64,000 bases of DNA from Felis catus. Its lineage: Eukaryota. A program made the translations under genes and the position numbers. The notes under the pieces are model-generated. The model saw nothing but the letters and a program-made list of their open reading frames with translations. It ran no database searches and was not told the DNA's origin. The first letter of the stretch is position 1. Every line of letters begins with the position of its first letter. Shown in pieces: positions 50,181 through 63,949 of this stretch. The DNA lies in assembly GCF_018350175.1 (NCBI RefSeq), contig NC_058368.1, positions 120,282,001-120,346,000 of the forward strand, given 5' to 3'.

Positions 50181-50289
50181 ATAGCATTGATACTAGTAGT
50201 ATTAAATCAGGCAGTTTAGTCAAGGCTTCGCTGAGTTTTGATGTATTTAAGTGGTACTATGCCTACCAGCTTTCATAGTATTTCAGTGT

Positions 50290-50512
50290 TTGTGAGACTC
50301 AAATGTAGGGTGGAGTCCTGTTTCCATCACTTGAGAGCTATGCTACCTTATGTAAATTTCCTAAGTTCTTTGAGCTATAGCTTTATTATCCACAAAATAG
50401 GGAAAATAATTGCCCCTACCTCATAGAGTGATTGTAAGGATTAAGTGCTATGCCATATATAAAAGTTCAGTTTAGGGCCTGGCATATAGTAAAGTCTCAG
50501 TAAATAGTAGGT
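50290..50512 (+). mobile_element. MIR
   Basis: aaaatagggaaaataattgcccctacctcatagagtgattgtaaggattaagtg...cctggcatatagtaa...agtaaatagtag. Confidence 0.8.
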
Positions 50513-50600
50513 ATAAAGTATGCAGGTATGTATTTGGAGCTACTCGTACAAACCTTATAAATTCTGTGTAATAATTCCTTTCCCTTTCTGCACAATGTGG

Positions 50601-50634
<34 letters not shown>
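50601..50634. repeat. (CA)n microsatellite
   Basis: ~16 perfect CA units. Confidence 0.95.
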
Positions 50635-50638
<4 letters not shown>

Positions 50639-51101
50639 TTAGTGCTTAATGAGGAAACCTTTGACTAGTGCTAAGTTATTCATTCCACAAGTGCTCACTT
50701 CGAATACAGCAAACATGACTAGAGGCTGGTGATGGGGATAAAAGTTGTGTGCCCAGCCACTGCTCTCAAGAAGCTTTGGTTCATGTGGGATACATAACAA
50801 TGAAGGGAACGTACAGAAAGACAGGCTGCGCCTATGGAATTTAAAGCTTTCAGACAGAGAATGAGTTCACATAAACCTTCACAGACCATCTGTCTCCAAA
50901 TCAAATGGTGTCTTCCGAGAGAGCATTTTCTCTTCAGTGGCTTTCACAGTATGTGGCATATTTAGGTACTCAATAAATATTTGCTAAAACAGAAGTAATA
51001 ACTAGATGAGAACTGTTTCCCATCCCTTGGTAGGCAGGGGGAAGATAGTGTAGCTTCCAAAGCTGGTAGAAATCTATAGAATTGGCATCTATCTCCTATT
51101 A

Positions 51102-51237
51102 AAGGCTGACCATGTAATTTTTCATCCAAACTGGAACCGTTTTAGAAGAGCAAAAAAGGATGGTAATAATAATTGGATTGAAACAATCGGCATATTGTGG
51201 GACTTTCACAGGCACGGAAGGACATCTGTTTACCCTA
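51102..51237. mobile_element. MER81-like hAT-Blackjack MITE
   Basis: Ends aaggctgaccat / ctgtttacccta; internal tcatccaaactggaac...taataat...gggact. Confidence 0.7.
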
Positions 51238-51702
51238 CTACAAACATCACCTGGCAGCCAATGACTGAAAAATGTGAAGGGTTTCAGGTGAATATATGTA
51301 TTCTCCCCTCGAACAAATACATAATTCTTGTCTGAACAGAGAATGTGGGTTCCCAGGCATATTTTTCACCATGGTCTAAGCCATGTCCACCATGCCTAGA
51401 ATTAATATTTAATTGCTTTACTTGTTTTCCTGTTTGACAGTAACTAAATCACCTTCACATAATGTACTGGGACTGTACCTTATAATCTTAAACCATCATT
51501 TCTGGAAATAGCCCAGCAGTCATATAGTCTCATTGTTCCCAAGGATACAGTAGGCAAGAGGGAGGCAGTTGGAATAGAGTGAAAAGAATAGTGGACTTTA
51601 TTTAAAAATAAACAAACAAAAAAACGGCTTTCAATATTTGTCAATTGTATCTCAAAAAAAAAAAAAACCCAAAAACTGCATATAAATCTCCATTCTCTGA
51701 AT

Positions 51703-51916
51703 CAGGTGCTAAACTATGGCCCAAGAGACAAATACAGCCCAACACCTGTTTTTGTAAATAAAATCTTATTAGAACAAACCCATCCATTTATGTATTATAG
51801 GGGGTTGCTTTCTAACTACAATGGCAGTGAGTTGAGTAGTTGAGATAGAAAGTATATATGGGAAAGCCTAAAATATTTACTATCTGGCCTTCACACTAAA
51901 AATGTGTACCCCCCTG
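51703..51916 (+). mobile_element. MER58A hAT-Charlie element
   Basis: aaactatggccc...cctgtttttgtaaataaa...agttgagtagttg...aaagcctaaaatatttactatctggcc...cccctg. Confidence 0.88.
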
Positions 51917-53779
51917 CGTGAATCTTATTATAGAGGCCTTTTTCTTCCACCTCATTTTCTCCTAATTCCTCCCTCTTCTCTTCTTAACCACTAGTCATCG
52001 AATGCTGCCTGCCAAACAGTGGACGAAGTGCCCTGCATGTGTGAGTTTGCTACATTGCTCCAAACCCTTGAAAATTGCTCTACCTGCTGAAAGGGTAGAG
52101 GCAGTATGCACGGTGATTGCACTGAAGGCTCTAGAAGGTGAATGTGTGTTTTAGATCCCAATTCCATCACCAGCCAGCTCCAAAAACTTTATCTGTTGAT
52201 TTAGTCTGTCCACATCTTTACTAATTTTCATCTTAAACATCTCTAAGAAGTAGGTTCTCTAATGAGACCATGCTTTTTAGCGCTGAGAAAATTGACACTC
52301 ACTGAGGTTAAATTTCAGAGTCAGCACTGGAACTCAAAGCAGGCTGGCTTCAGAGTATAAGCTCTTAAACAGTGTGTCAGTATAAAGCTAAAATAATACA
52401 CTAGGCATCAAATGCCATTTGAAAATGTAACAAACACAATGCCAATATGAGGAGCGCACTGTGGCTATTCCTTCATAATTATTATTTTTCTATACAATCA
52501 TGGAAGTCCCACGTCTTGGTATTGATTCCAGACCAAATTGACTAGTGATCTTGGGTCGTTGTTCATTGTTGCTCAATATAATGTATTGATGACAATAATA
52601 ATAAGTAGTGTGACTTGCCTCTCGATTATACTCTTATTTCTGTCACCCTTATTTGGTTATGTAATTTTCAAGTTGATTTGCCATCTGCATCTCTGTTCCT
52701 CTGCCATGAGCCCCTTCCTTGCCTGACTTGGATTTATTTCACTAAGTATAAAAAATAATCTTACTTGCATTGCTTTAAATTAGCTTCATACAGTGTTTGG
52801 ATAACACTAATTGGAACAATTATTTATAAGGGTGGATGTAGAGAAGACACTGAATTTGTTTACCTGTTGGAGAATAATTATGTCATTTACATTCCCTTAG
52901 ACCACAATTTGTGAATAATATGTGTCTTGGTTTTAATGATACCCTCTTTTTACTAAATAGATCTTGGTGTTTGGGGCAGGGAGTTGTAGCTTACTCTGGA
53001 AGTAAATCATCAGACACTGTGATCAATCGCTTTCCCTCTGGGTGAGTAAGAGTAGCTTTATTTAAATTGCAATATGCTAGCACACCTGAGGTGGAGGCTG
53101 CATATTGCTTGCCTTCTGCCAGCAATCATCACGGAAATTAAAAATGGAAAGGGACCATACCATGCCTAATCATTTCATCTACCCACTCGTTAAAACAAGA
53201 TGTTTCTGGAGGCCAGTCTTCTGTTTCTTCCAGAATGAAGGAAAATACCAATTCAGGGTGAAAATTAAGTTGTTGGGCATATGAAAACAATGAGCAAGTT
53301 GAGTAAATTTTATAGTTTTCCATTCATCATTTTGAGTCAAGTAGCTGCAACTCAAGGTTGAATTGCCACTATGCCAAATACTTTGTTAAATAGAGAAGAA
53401 TGCAGAGTATTTCTAAAAATTGGTTTTTCAGCTAGACTTTAGACTTGCTGACTTAGGTTTAGTAAAAGGTACAGGAGTATGCAGATACATGCAGCTTTTC
53501 TCTCAGATATCTGTCTCCTCTTTGAAGCCCCAGCCTCACTGAAATTTTACTTCTTTATCCTTAATTCAGTAATTTATCTCTGTTCTGCTTAGAATTCCTG
53601 TCCCTACACAAGGGTCAGAAAATGTTTCTAAGAAGTTAAACTGGGGTGCTTAAAGAGCTCATTTGATGTATTTACCTTCTTTGAAGGAATTCCTGATAGG
53701 TAATTTTTAGAACATTGATTTCATATATGTAATCTACTTTTCTAGTTGTTTTATGGTGGGAAGATTTAAAAAAGTTTAA

Positions 53780-54170
53780 TATCCCTCAAAAGCATAGATG
53801 CAGAAATAATTGACAAAATATTAGCAAATAAAATTCATCATTATATGCAAAAATATTATGTCATGACCAAGAAGAATTATGCCAAGAATGCAAGGTTGGT
53901 TTAACATGCACAAGTCAGTCAGTATATTTGACCATGTTAAGAGGATAACAGAGAAAAAGCTTTTGATAAAATTTAATGTCCTTTTATTATGAAAAATATC
54001 TCAGCTAATTAGGAACAGAAAGAACTCCCTCAATCTGATAAAGGACAACTCAAAAAAATTAATATTATACTTAATGGTGAAAGCAGGGAAGGTTGCCAAT
54101 ACTTCCAAACTTTTCCAATACTATCCAAACTTCATTGGAAGCCCTCGACAAAATAGTAAAGCAAGGGGAA
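53780..54170 (+). mobile_element. Ancient L1 ORF2 (RT region) fragment
   Basis: atagatgcagaaa...aaaatattagcaaata...aatgcaaggttggtttaacat...tttgataaaatt...atacttaatggtgaaa. Confidence 0.8.
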
Positions 54171-54248
54171 AATTATATATATTTATATGGTAGATATATA
54201 CAATAGGTATATAAATATATATTAAAAATATATAATCAAGATCTATTT

Positions 54249-54250
<2 letters not shown>

Positions 54251-54278
<28 letters not shown>
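54251..54278. repeat. (GATA)7 microsatellite
   Basis: 7 perfect units. Confidence 0.9.
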
Positions 54279-54280
<2 letters not shown>

Positions 54281-54938
54281 GACAGATTGTGACCATGGCT
54301 GAGTGTAGAGTTGGTAGTATACCATTAACTCAATTAGAGACAATAAAGTAAAAGAGGAAAATGAAGAAAGAAAATAAAATGAGAAAGGATTTTCCTATAG
54401 TTGCAGAGAAATCCCTAGAGTTTCAGAATATGCCCAAACTAGAAACTAGAAGTAATACCTGTCTCTTCCTCTTGTTTCAAACATATAAGTACTTACAATA
54501 GCAGTGTCCTGATAATACCAGTTTAAAAAACGTCCTAGTTTGTCCTATTCCACTGAAATCTCCCCAGTTGGAATTTCCATCTTTTTTTCCCCTTGAGAAT
54601 TGCAGCAGCATACTTTAGTGTGATGCCATTCTCACGTTCACATTGTTATCTGTAATTCGGCCTGATCACTCTGTAAAAAGAAAATGTAATCATATTAATC
54701 CATTTTAAGCCTTTTAATAGTTTCTATTTCCCTTTAAGTAAAAACCAAACACTTCTGTAACTTTTAGAGTTCTTCACAACTTGATCTTATTCTTACAGCC
54801 ATCCGATATCTCTTGCTCCTTTCCTGCTAGTACATTACCCTCCCTCTTAATTCTTTCAATTCCATCAAAGTGCCTTGTATTCTAAAAAGCACTACCCCTC
54901 CAATCCCATCATCCAGTTTACCTTCCAAATTTATTCTT

Positions 54939-55123
54939 GGGGCACCTGCTTGGCTCATTTGGTTAAGCGTCTGACTCTTGATTTCAGCTCAGGTCATGAT
55001 CTCATTGCTCATGAGATTGAGCCCCACATCGGACTCTGCACTAACAGTGTAGAGCCTGCTTAGGCTTCTCTCTCTCTGCCCCTCCCTCTTTCTAAATAAA
55101 TATATAAATAAACATTAATAAAA
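54939..55123 (+). mobile_element. Can-SINE (older) inside an L2 fragment (~54560-55400)
   Basis: ggggcacctgcttggctc head, body, aataaa tail; L2 3' end agcacagtgcttggcacagag downstream. Confidence 0.92.
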
Positions 55124-55694
55124 TGTATCCTAATCATTGCAATAACAACTTAAAGTCACTTCCTCTGAGACACCATCCCCAATCTCTCAAGTATGGAGCA
55201 GGCTTTCCTATCTTACCCATGATACTCTGTAGACTTCACCTCTCTGTCAAACACACTTTTCACACCTTGATTGATTGTTTCCTTGTTATTTTCTGTACTC
55301 ACTTCCTATGAAACCAGGCATTGTCTTTCTTGTTCAGCACAGTGCTTGGCACAGAGAATATACTAATTAAGTAAATGTTAAATATTGAGAGAATGAACAG
55401 GAAGAGAAGTTAGTGAAGGAATGTTTGGGAAAATAGAACCTAAATCAGTAAACTAAAAGATGTTGCCCTTTACAAAATTCATGTTTGTAAAATTCTTTAA
55501 AACATATATATGAATTGTTTTTCCATGATTCTTTTTTTTTTTTTTTTGATGTGCAGAGCATTTTCATCCTATGAAGTGGTTAGTTTTACTGTCTCCAGTG
55601 TACAAATTCTGGAAATAGTTTCTTATCATAACTGATGGCCAGATGTGGCAAACCTCAAATTAGAAACATCTTTTGATTCTAAATTTGTGTGTTC

Positions 55695-56133
55695 TCCTCA
55701 GGGTCAGTAACACTAGCTGCTATAACAAACAACTTAAAAGTATAGTGCTTTATACAATCAAGGTTTCTTATTAATATGCAAGTCAAGTGAATGTGGAGGT
55801 ATAGGAAGGCTCTTAAGGGAACTAGACTCTTCCATCCTGTGCCTCTTCCATTTCCAGCAAATGGCTTTAATAATTTGATAATGTATAGATGTCATCCATT
55901 TGATAATATATAAATGTTATACCTCATCCAGGGTAAGGGAAAAGTAAGAGAAAAGAGCAAAGGAAAGGTAAATTGATCATAGCTGCTTAAACCATACTGT
56001 GGACTATCTTTTCCATTTCCATTGATAAGACTAGTCATATGACCCCTATAAGCCAGGTAGTTTGGGAAGTGAAGGTTGTGTGCTTGGGAAGAAAAAAATG
56101 GGTTTCACCAGTATCTAGTCAGTCTCTGCCAAC
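55695..56133 (-). mobile_element. MaLR LTR (MLT1-like)
   Basis: ctagctgctataacaaacaac...ttccatcctgtgcctct...attccattgataagactagtcatatgacc...gtcagtctctgccaaca. Confidence 0.65.
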
Positions 56134-56169
56134 ACATATACATTAGATAATTAGTTCATCTATTTTTTC

Positions 56170-56245
56170 ATATATATATGTGTATGTGTATATATATGTG
56201 CATATATATAAAAGCGATATAGATAGATATAGATATAGATATATA
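56170..56245. repeat. (TA)n/(GATATA)n low-complexity repeat
   Basis: Direct inspection. Confidence 0.85.
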
Positions 56246-56269
56246 TCACTAAAATTGGGAATTGTTTTA

Positions 56270-56790
56270 AAAGATGGAGAAACACTGGTGAATAAAACAT
56301 AATTTCAAACTCCATAAAGCTTATATCCTAATGAGGATATACAGACTTAAAAAAAAAGAAATATTTTATGTATAGAAAAGAAAACAGTATACAAGGAGGG
56401 AGGTGTTACTTATGTACACTAGCCAAGGAAAACATCTCTGATCAGCTGATCTGTGCAGACAGAGCTGAAGGTGGTAAAGGAACAAAGCATATAGATATAG
56501 AAAGGTAAGCATTTTGGCACAGAACAGGAAGTGCAAAGGCCTCCTGTTGCTGAATGTGTTTGAAGATCAATAAGATAGCCACTCTGGCTAGAGCACTGAG
56601 TGAAGGAGAATGTGATAGAAGATGAGGTCAGCAAAGCACTGGGTTAGCAGTTCACGTACAACACTGTAGACCATTATGAGAACTAAGCTGGGAAGACTTT
56701 GGAGGAGTAAAATAATAGGACATACTTTCAAAGAGTCACCAGAAAATAGTTAGGCAGCTATACAACAGCCTAATAGTTCTTTGAATTGTA
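56270..56790 (-). mobile_element. L2 fragment
   Basis: gcagagctgaagg...ggcacagaacaggaagtgcaaaggcc...gatgaggtcag...tgtagaccatt. Confidence 0.7.
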
Positions 56791-56834
56791 GTGGATTGTA
56801 ATGGCTCACCTATTTTAAATTAAAAACAAAAAAG

Positions 56835-57027
56835 TTTATCTATTTATTTAGAGACAGTGTGTGTGGAAGGGGCAGAGAGAGAGGGAGAAAGAGAGAATCC
56901 CAAGGAGGCTCTATGCTGTCACTGCAGAGCCCAATGTGCGGCTCAGTCCCTTGAACCATGCATGAGATCATGACCTAAGCTGAAATCAAGAGGCAGATGG
57001 TTAACCCACTGAGTCACCCAGGCGCCC
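56835..57027 (-). mobile_element. Can-SINE (older)
   Basis: Body ending cacccaggcgccc. Confidence 0.93.
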
Positions 57028-57051
57028 TGTATTTTACTTCAAAAAAAAAAA

Positions 57052-57540
57052 AAATTGAGGTATAATGTACATAAAGGAGTACTCACTATTTTGGGAATAG
57101 AGTTCTATGGGTTTGTACAAGAACATCCAGTCATGTAACCACCCCTACCATCATCACCCCCTAAAATTCCCTTGTAGTAAACTCCTCCCCCATCCCCATG
57201 GGGTTAATAATTTAGTTAATTACTTAAATAATAACAGGTTTATTTTCTTAATCTTTTCCCAAAGATCATGTCAATTGAATCAGAGTGTGTAATCTTTTGA
57301 GTCTGACTACTTAGCATTGTGTGTTTAAAATTCATCTGTGGTCTTGCATGTTTTAGTAATTTGTTCCCTTCTATTGTTTGGTAGTATGCTATTAAATGGA
57401 TTTACCACAGTTTATTTTTCCATTCACCAGAATTTGTTTTTTCTCAGTGTTCAGCAATTGTAAGTAAATCCTTTAAAAACATTATTATTTTTTTGCGTGT
57501 TAATATAAAACCTTATTTGTCTTGGGTAAGCATCAAGGAT
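57052..57540 (-). mobile_element. L1M (L1MB/MC-like) 3' end
   Basis: attgaggtataat...gttctatgggttt...catgtaaccacc...tttattttccattcaccag. Confidence 0.7.
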
Positions 57541-57554
57541 GGGGTATTTTATTT

Positions 57555-57779
57555 AAAAAAATTTTTTTTAATGTTTATTTATTTTTGAAGGAAAGAGAGA
57601 CAGAGCGTGAGCAGGGGTGGGACAGAGAGATAGGGAGACCCTGAGTACCAAGCAGGCTCCAGGCTCCAGGCTCGGAGCTGTCAGCACAGAACCCGACGTG
57701 GGGCTCAAGGTCACGAACCACAAGATCATGACCTGAGCCCAAGTCTGTCGCTTAACTGACTGAGCCACCCAGGCGCCTC
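57555..57779 (-). mobile_element. Can-SINE (feline SINEC)
   Basis: Perfect 15-bp TSD tggggtattttattt 57540-57554 / 57780-57794; three caggctc units instead of two. Confidence 0.97.
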
Positions 57780-58080
57780 TGGGGTATTTTATTTTTAAAG
57801 ATCCAATATAGGCATTAAACTACACAGGAAAGTCATTTATTAATTAATTGAACACATATGAAGGCCATACCTGCACAAAGCATTAAATCTACCACAATGA
57901 TAACACCAAAGTCCCTTTCTTAGTATAATATGGAGGCATGGATACACCTACCATATTCCAGGCATTGTTTTAGTCAATAGAAACAAAACAAAGGACAAAA
58001 TTGAATTATCTGTTTTTGCTATATATGCAGAATAATAATTAAGAAAAGAATGAGCTCTGATAAGTACCAAAAAATTTAAA

Positions 58081-58299
58081 TTTTATTTTATTTTTTTAAT
58101 GTCTATTTATTTTTGAGAGAGAGAGAGCCAGCCAGCAGGGGAGGAGCAGAGAAAGAGGGACGCACAGAATCCAAAGCAGGCTCCAGGCTCTGAGCTGTCA
58201 GCACAGAGCCCCATGCGGGGCTTAAACCCATGAACTGGATTTAAGAGATGACCTTAGCTGAAGTCAGACACTTAACTGACTGAGCCACCCAGGTGCCCC
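58081..58299 (-). mobile_element. Can-SINE
   Basis: Full body ending caggtgcccc. Confidence 0.95.
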
Positions 58300-59312
58300 A
58301 CAAAACATTTTAAATTGAATTTAAATTGGTATTATGGAAAAGCATACCTCGATCAGAGGAGTTTCTCTGAGACAGGCACATTTAAGCTAATGCTAGAAAG
58401 ATAAGGAAGAGCCATCAATCCTAAGATCTGGAACAAGGGTATTTAGGGCAGTGGAACAGTTAGGACAAAGGCCTTAGTGTGGGAAATAAGAATGAATATT
58501 CAATGAGTTAGAGTAATTGATAGGTATTGAGCAACTATATATGTCAGTCAAAATGCTAAGTTATTAACCTGTGTTCCAAGTTTTAACATATTCTTCATTT
58601 GAATAGAATACCTGAATTCCAGTAAAAATGTTAGCTGGTAAAATGTGGTATAATAATTATACCTTATAAGAAAGAATGTCCAGGTATCCAAGTATCAAGT
58701 CTATCATAACTTGGTGATCACTACTGTTCTTCTATGCGAGAAATAAATTAAAGCTGAATGAGTTAAGTAAGAGCGAGCTCACTACATGGCTGTCTGCACA
58801 TACAGTGGGTATAATTTAACAGGGATGCCTCAGTGCCTTTCACAATGGCATCTCACTTATTCTAAAAAAAAAAAAAAAAAAAAAGGAATAGATAGCAAGC
58901 CAGAGGTCTCAAACAGTATGTCAAGATACTTTATAGAGCCAAAGAAAAGCTATAAAACAAAGCAAACCAACCACCAAAAATTCACTGACAGCTAAAAGAA
59001 ATGGGCTATTTCAAGCTGCATTTTCTCTGGTTCTATGATTCAGTGTCCTTCTTTCCCAAATGTGTATTTTTTTCTGAGATACTAAAGCCTCGAGGAGAAG
59101 ATGTATGGCATTTTCATTTCGGCACCACTTTGTACCAGCCTTCATGATCTTTCATTATGTCTATTTTTTTGTTTTTATATAGATGTGGAAATTGTAGGTG
59201 CAATTTTGTAAGAGTAGGTCAGAAAACTCCATATAGAATGAGAAGTTACCTTGGATCAATTACATTATTTAAGTGCTTGGAAACTTAAGTGACCACAACT
59301 CAAAATACTAAT

Positions 59313-59381
59313 TTTTTAAAAAATTATTTTTTATTTTAGAGACAGAGACAGTGAGTGTGAGCAGGGGAGAGGAGGAGGAGA

Positions 59382-59440
<59 letters not shown>

Positions 59441-59570
59441 TGAGAATCTCAAGGCAGTCTCCACACTCAGCATGGAGACTGACACAGGGCTCAATCCCAG
59501 GACCCTGAAATCATGACCTGAGCCAAAATCAAGAGTCGGATGCTTAAATGACTGAGCCGTTAAGGCACCC
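59313..59570 (-). mobile_element. Can-SINE with (GA)~25 expansion
   Basis: TSD tcaaaa(t/c)actaat 59300-59312 / 59572-59584. Confidence 0.95.
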
Positions 59571-60889
59571 GTCAAAACACTAATCTAAACATTGCCATAT
59601 ATTTTCTGACATCTTACAGACATTATGATCAGAATGAACATTCTGTTTGATACCTAGTGACACTTGAGAGTTGGAACCAACTGAAAAACAGAATAATCAA
59701 ATACAGGGTTAGGACTTTGTTCACATTTTATGGATGTTGATGGGTTTAGAGGTCGATGCATATAAACATGTTGGGAATGGGTAGATTTGTTGAAATTCAG
59801 AGTGGGGCTTTAGACTGCTAATGGGGATTCATAATAGCATGTTTAATATTCTCGGTTATTAACTGTGAATAGATGATGTAGAATTGAATTAAAGGAATTC
59901 TGGTGAAAGGAGGTAGATTGAATTTACACGTATGTTTATGCTTGTTACCTCTCAGAATACCAGTGGGAAAAAAGTAAAAGTTAAAAAAAATAATAAAGGT
60001 AAAAGTCTACCAAAAAAAAAAAAAAAAAAAAGAGTGGCAAAGAAGGGCCCAGATGAGAGATGTCAATAGCATGCAGAGGAAATGGATGAAAAAATGGCAG
60101 TGCAAATGAGGCTAAATCCACCTGCCCAAAGTGAAGCAGCCATTTTGCAACAATTCAGTGTTAGCCCCAGAACCTCCAGGAAGGTTCTGGATTTGGAACT
60201 ATTGTGTAATTCTAAAGGAAATGGAGAGAGGTGAGGCTGAATTGAGAGGACTGTTTGAGAAACCGTGTAAGATAGAGTTCCCGCCCCACCCCCACCCACT
60301 CTGCAGCTCCCACCTCAGTCCTCACACATGTGCAACCACTCTTTGCTCACCCTCAGAAGAGAAGAGTTTCACTTGCTGGGTAAGTTGAACCAGACACCTC
60401 CAGAATGATACCAGACCATATGACTACCACTTTCTGTCTCATTTATTTGTATCAATTTGTTTTCATGGCTGCTTGTTATAATGCTGAACAGGTGTACCAT
60501 ATGTATTTTTTTTCAGTATGTGGTTATGAAGATGGTTATTTTAAGTTTGAAATATTAGTTTATAAATGAGAACTAGTGGCAAGTGTTCTTCGAAGTAATT
60601 ATTAGAGATCCTCTCCCTTTCTGCAACTTTCCTCAGCCTGAGTGAGCACTTAAACCTTGGGGTTGTCATGAGTGTTAAATGAGAAAATGTGAAAAATCTA
60701 GGTAGAGTCTCAGTAAATGCTACATAAATACTTGCCTCTATTCTTTCCTTTACATTTTCTTTCTTCTCCCCTATCATGGACATCTTATTTTATGCATCCA
60801 ATATCTAGTCCCCATTTGTATAGTATTTTCTTATGGGTAATTTAATTTTCTTATGGGTAACTCTTTACTTAATTGCTAATATCTGTGGT

Positions 60890-61308
60890 TTGAGAAGAGC
60901 AGACTTCACCATGCCACTTCCAAGAGGTACAGATGAGTCCTAAATCTGGCTAATCGACCCCCACAGTAAATGGTTATTGACCTATACAAGCCAGGCTGAT
61001 CAGAACCAATACATATGGTTTACAAGAACTACTGAGGAAAAGTCGCTTTCAGAAGCATTGCTGGACAGTGAGAGATAAGCCAGGAGTCACTGATGACCAA
61101 CACGACTGGGAACTTGCCTAAAAGTGAAGCCAAAAAGAGAGCTGGGAGGTGGAGCTTGACTGAAAGCAGACAATGGCATGGATCACCTTGAAGGAACTAT
61201 GCCTGAACTTTGCACTTAGATTAGCCAAGAAATCTCCCCCAGTTTTTTCCTAAGTCAGGTTGAACTGAATGTTTGGCCCTTCCAAATACAAGCATGTAAC
61301 CCAGTCAC
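60890..61308 (+). mobile_element. MaLR LTR (MLT1-like), degraded
   Basis: cttgcctaaaagtgaagccaa...ctatgcctgaa...cctaagtcaggttgaactg near 3' end. Confidence 0.5.
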
Positions 61309-63379
61309 ATTCCTGTGTCCACTCTGTCCTTTCAAGATGCACTTCCCTATTAAATCTCTCTCCTCACTATTTGCATATTTTTCACTACCCCTCCTTTCTT
61401 TTTTTTACTAAATTGTGTATTTTATTCAGGTTATTATTTGGCATTTAAAAAGTTTTCAATTTCCATAGAACTATACACTGTTGGATACAATTAGTAAGGA
61501 TAAAGAAATAGACTAGTTCTTTACAAATCTTAGTTGTGTGATTTGGGAAAAATTCTTAATCATTCATAAATCCACTCTAATTAGAATTTTGTTATTATCA
61601 TTACAGTGAAAATTCTCTTGTTGAGGTCACTGATGCCATCCACATAGCTGTACCCAATGCTCAGTTCCCAGTATGGGGCGCCCCTGTAGGTAAACTTCTG
61701 ATCAAGCGGAGTGCCTATCTTTCTTTCCATTTCAGTGAACTAGGAATTGCTCCTATAGGAAAGGGATAAAATCAAAATGATCTTATGATATGCAGCAAAG
61801 GTGACAACAGTTTCCTTTTCATTTTCCAGAAATAGATGCTGTAATTAAGGAAATCCGTGCCATAAAAGTGGCCTACTCAAAATGCACACATTGTTTATTC
61901 AAGATAGAATTTTCTGTTTCACAAGGATATATACGATGCTGCTTCTTAGCACTGTAAGAGCTATGTCTTTAAAACTCCAAAGCAATTATTGACAAAAGAA
62001 ACAAAACTCCTGGATTTCATTTCACATCCAAGCAGTGGTTTAGACCATTTCTGTTCACAAAATTAATTAAATAAATGTGGTTATATTCCCTTTTATTTTA
62101 GTCTTTGGCGTGATAGAAGCACAAGAGGGGAAAGAAGGGGTAAAACTGCCACATAACTCTTAATTTTCTATTTTCTTTATTTTAAAAACACAATTTAAAC
62201 TCACACACACATATATAACTTGGGAAAACTTTATGGAAAGTTCACCATGAAAACATAATCATGAAAGCTGAACTGGGTGGTAATATTGTTTTTATTATTT
62301 ATTAACTTTGTAATAGGAGTTAGGGACAATTTTCATGAAAACTACAATTCAAACCAGAGCAGAAGCCAATTTTGTGATTTTAATGTTGAATACAATGGGA
62401 GGACGAGGCCATGTGGAAACATGAGGGAATAGCCCCAGCTGCAAATTTGGATCATTTGTAATGCCCATCTATTTGACATAATTTTGTTTATTTTATTTAG
62501 CATGTGTGTATGGTGTCATGCTGCAGAGAAATTAGTGGTTTTTCTAGCTACTTTTTAAGCCAAATAGGCCATATCCTGCTTCTAAATGAGTTGTTTACCC
62601 CGGAACTCCCCCTGCCTACAGATCCCAAAACCACTGACCTCCTTAGACCTGTCAGATGATAATGTGCTTTGCTGAATACTATCATCTGGTGAAAAATAGA
62701 AACCCTCGTTTGTTTAATGGTTTAGTTTATTATTTAAAACATAGATGAAAAATTTCCTAAATAAGAAGAAAATAGCCCTTTGGATAGAATGTTTTGTTTT
62801 AACCTTCTCTGTCTCTTAGCATTTATTTCAATTCTGTAAAAATGTAAACATTACTATTTCCATCTAGAGATGAAGAAATGTTAGGCACAAGTAATTTAAT
62901 AGCGACTAATTCTTAAAGCCAATCTATGAGGCATGCACTATCATGTCTCAGTATTTGTCCTTAGGAAGATTTTAATTTAAAATTCCTGTCTGAGAGGGTT
63001 TGAACCTACTTTGTATAGTTCCCTTCTAAAGTTCACTCATGTATCTGGCCTTGGTTATTGCTTTTGGTTGTAGTGAGTTTTGATGCCTACTTTTAATTTG
63101 TTCAGTTATTTAACAAATACCTTGAACATTAACTTTGCATCACCAGAAGTTTGAACATCAATGTTGCACAAGATACTGTGCTCAACAGAGAAAGGGAAAT
63201 TGAGAGGTCTTTGTATAAAGCAGAACATAGGCCCACATTAGCTGTTTTCTTTCTGGTGGTTTTATACCATGTATGTGTTCAAATAGACTCAGTTTAATCT
63301 AAGTTCTATTTAAATCCCTTAGAATCTTAAACTGGAATCATGGGCTGTACAGATCTAGAAGGCAGGTTACATGCTATAT

Positions 63380-63495
63380 GTCCATTCACTTAACACATAG
63401 CTATTAAGTAGCAACTATATGCCAGACAGAGTTCTAGACCCTGAGAATGCATGGCTAAGAAACATAAAATGCCTTGCTTTGTGGAGTTCACATCA
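63380..63495 (-). mobile_element. L2 3' end fragment
   Basis: cattcacttaacac...tattaagtagcaactatatgccagac...gtggagttcaca. Confidence 0.65.
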
Positions 63496-63750
63496 CATCT
63501 CCTACTAGCTTCTACTCCACACAGACCTACCAGGTAAATTCTGACCTGGAGTTTATACCTGGTTCACAAACCAGGAATCTGAATAAAGCTCAACTCTTTC
63601 CACTATAGTTGGTGAACTCAAATATACTTAAAAAGCAAAGTCTTCAGTTAGAAAGCTTAATAGCTCCAATAGTAATAATAAAAAATAATCAAGATCTCAA
63701 CTAGAACTAATTAATCAGTTATGCCTGAGTATTGACTTTTAAAACATGTA

Positions 63751-63949
63751 TTTTTTTTTAGTTTTTATTTTTGAGAGAGAGCGTGCACAAGCAAGTAGGG
63801 TAGGGGCTGAGAGAGAGGAAGACGTAGAATCCAAAAAGGGCTCTTGGCTGACAGCAGTGAGCCCTATGTGGGGATCAAACTCATTAATCATGAGATCATG
63901 ACCTGAGCCGAAGTCAGATGCTCAGCTGACTGTGCCAACCAGGCGCCCC
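63751..63949 (-). mobile_element. Can-SINE
   Basis: T tail, body, caggcgcccc head. Confidence 0.94.
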
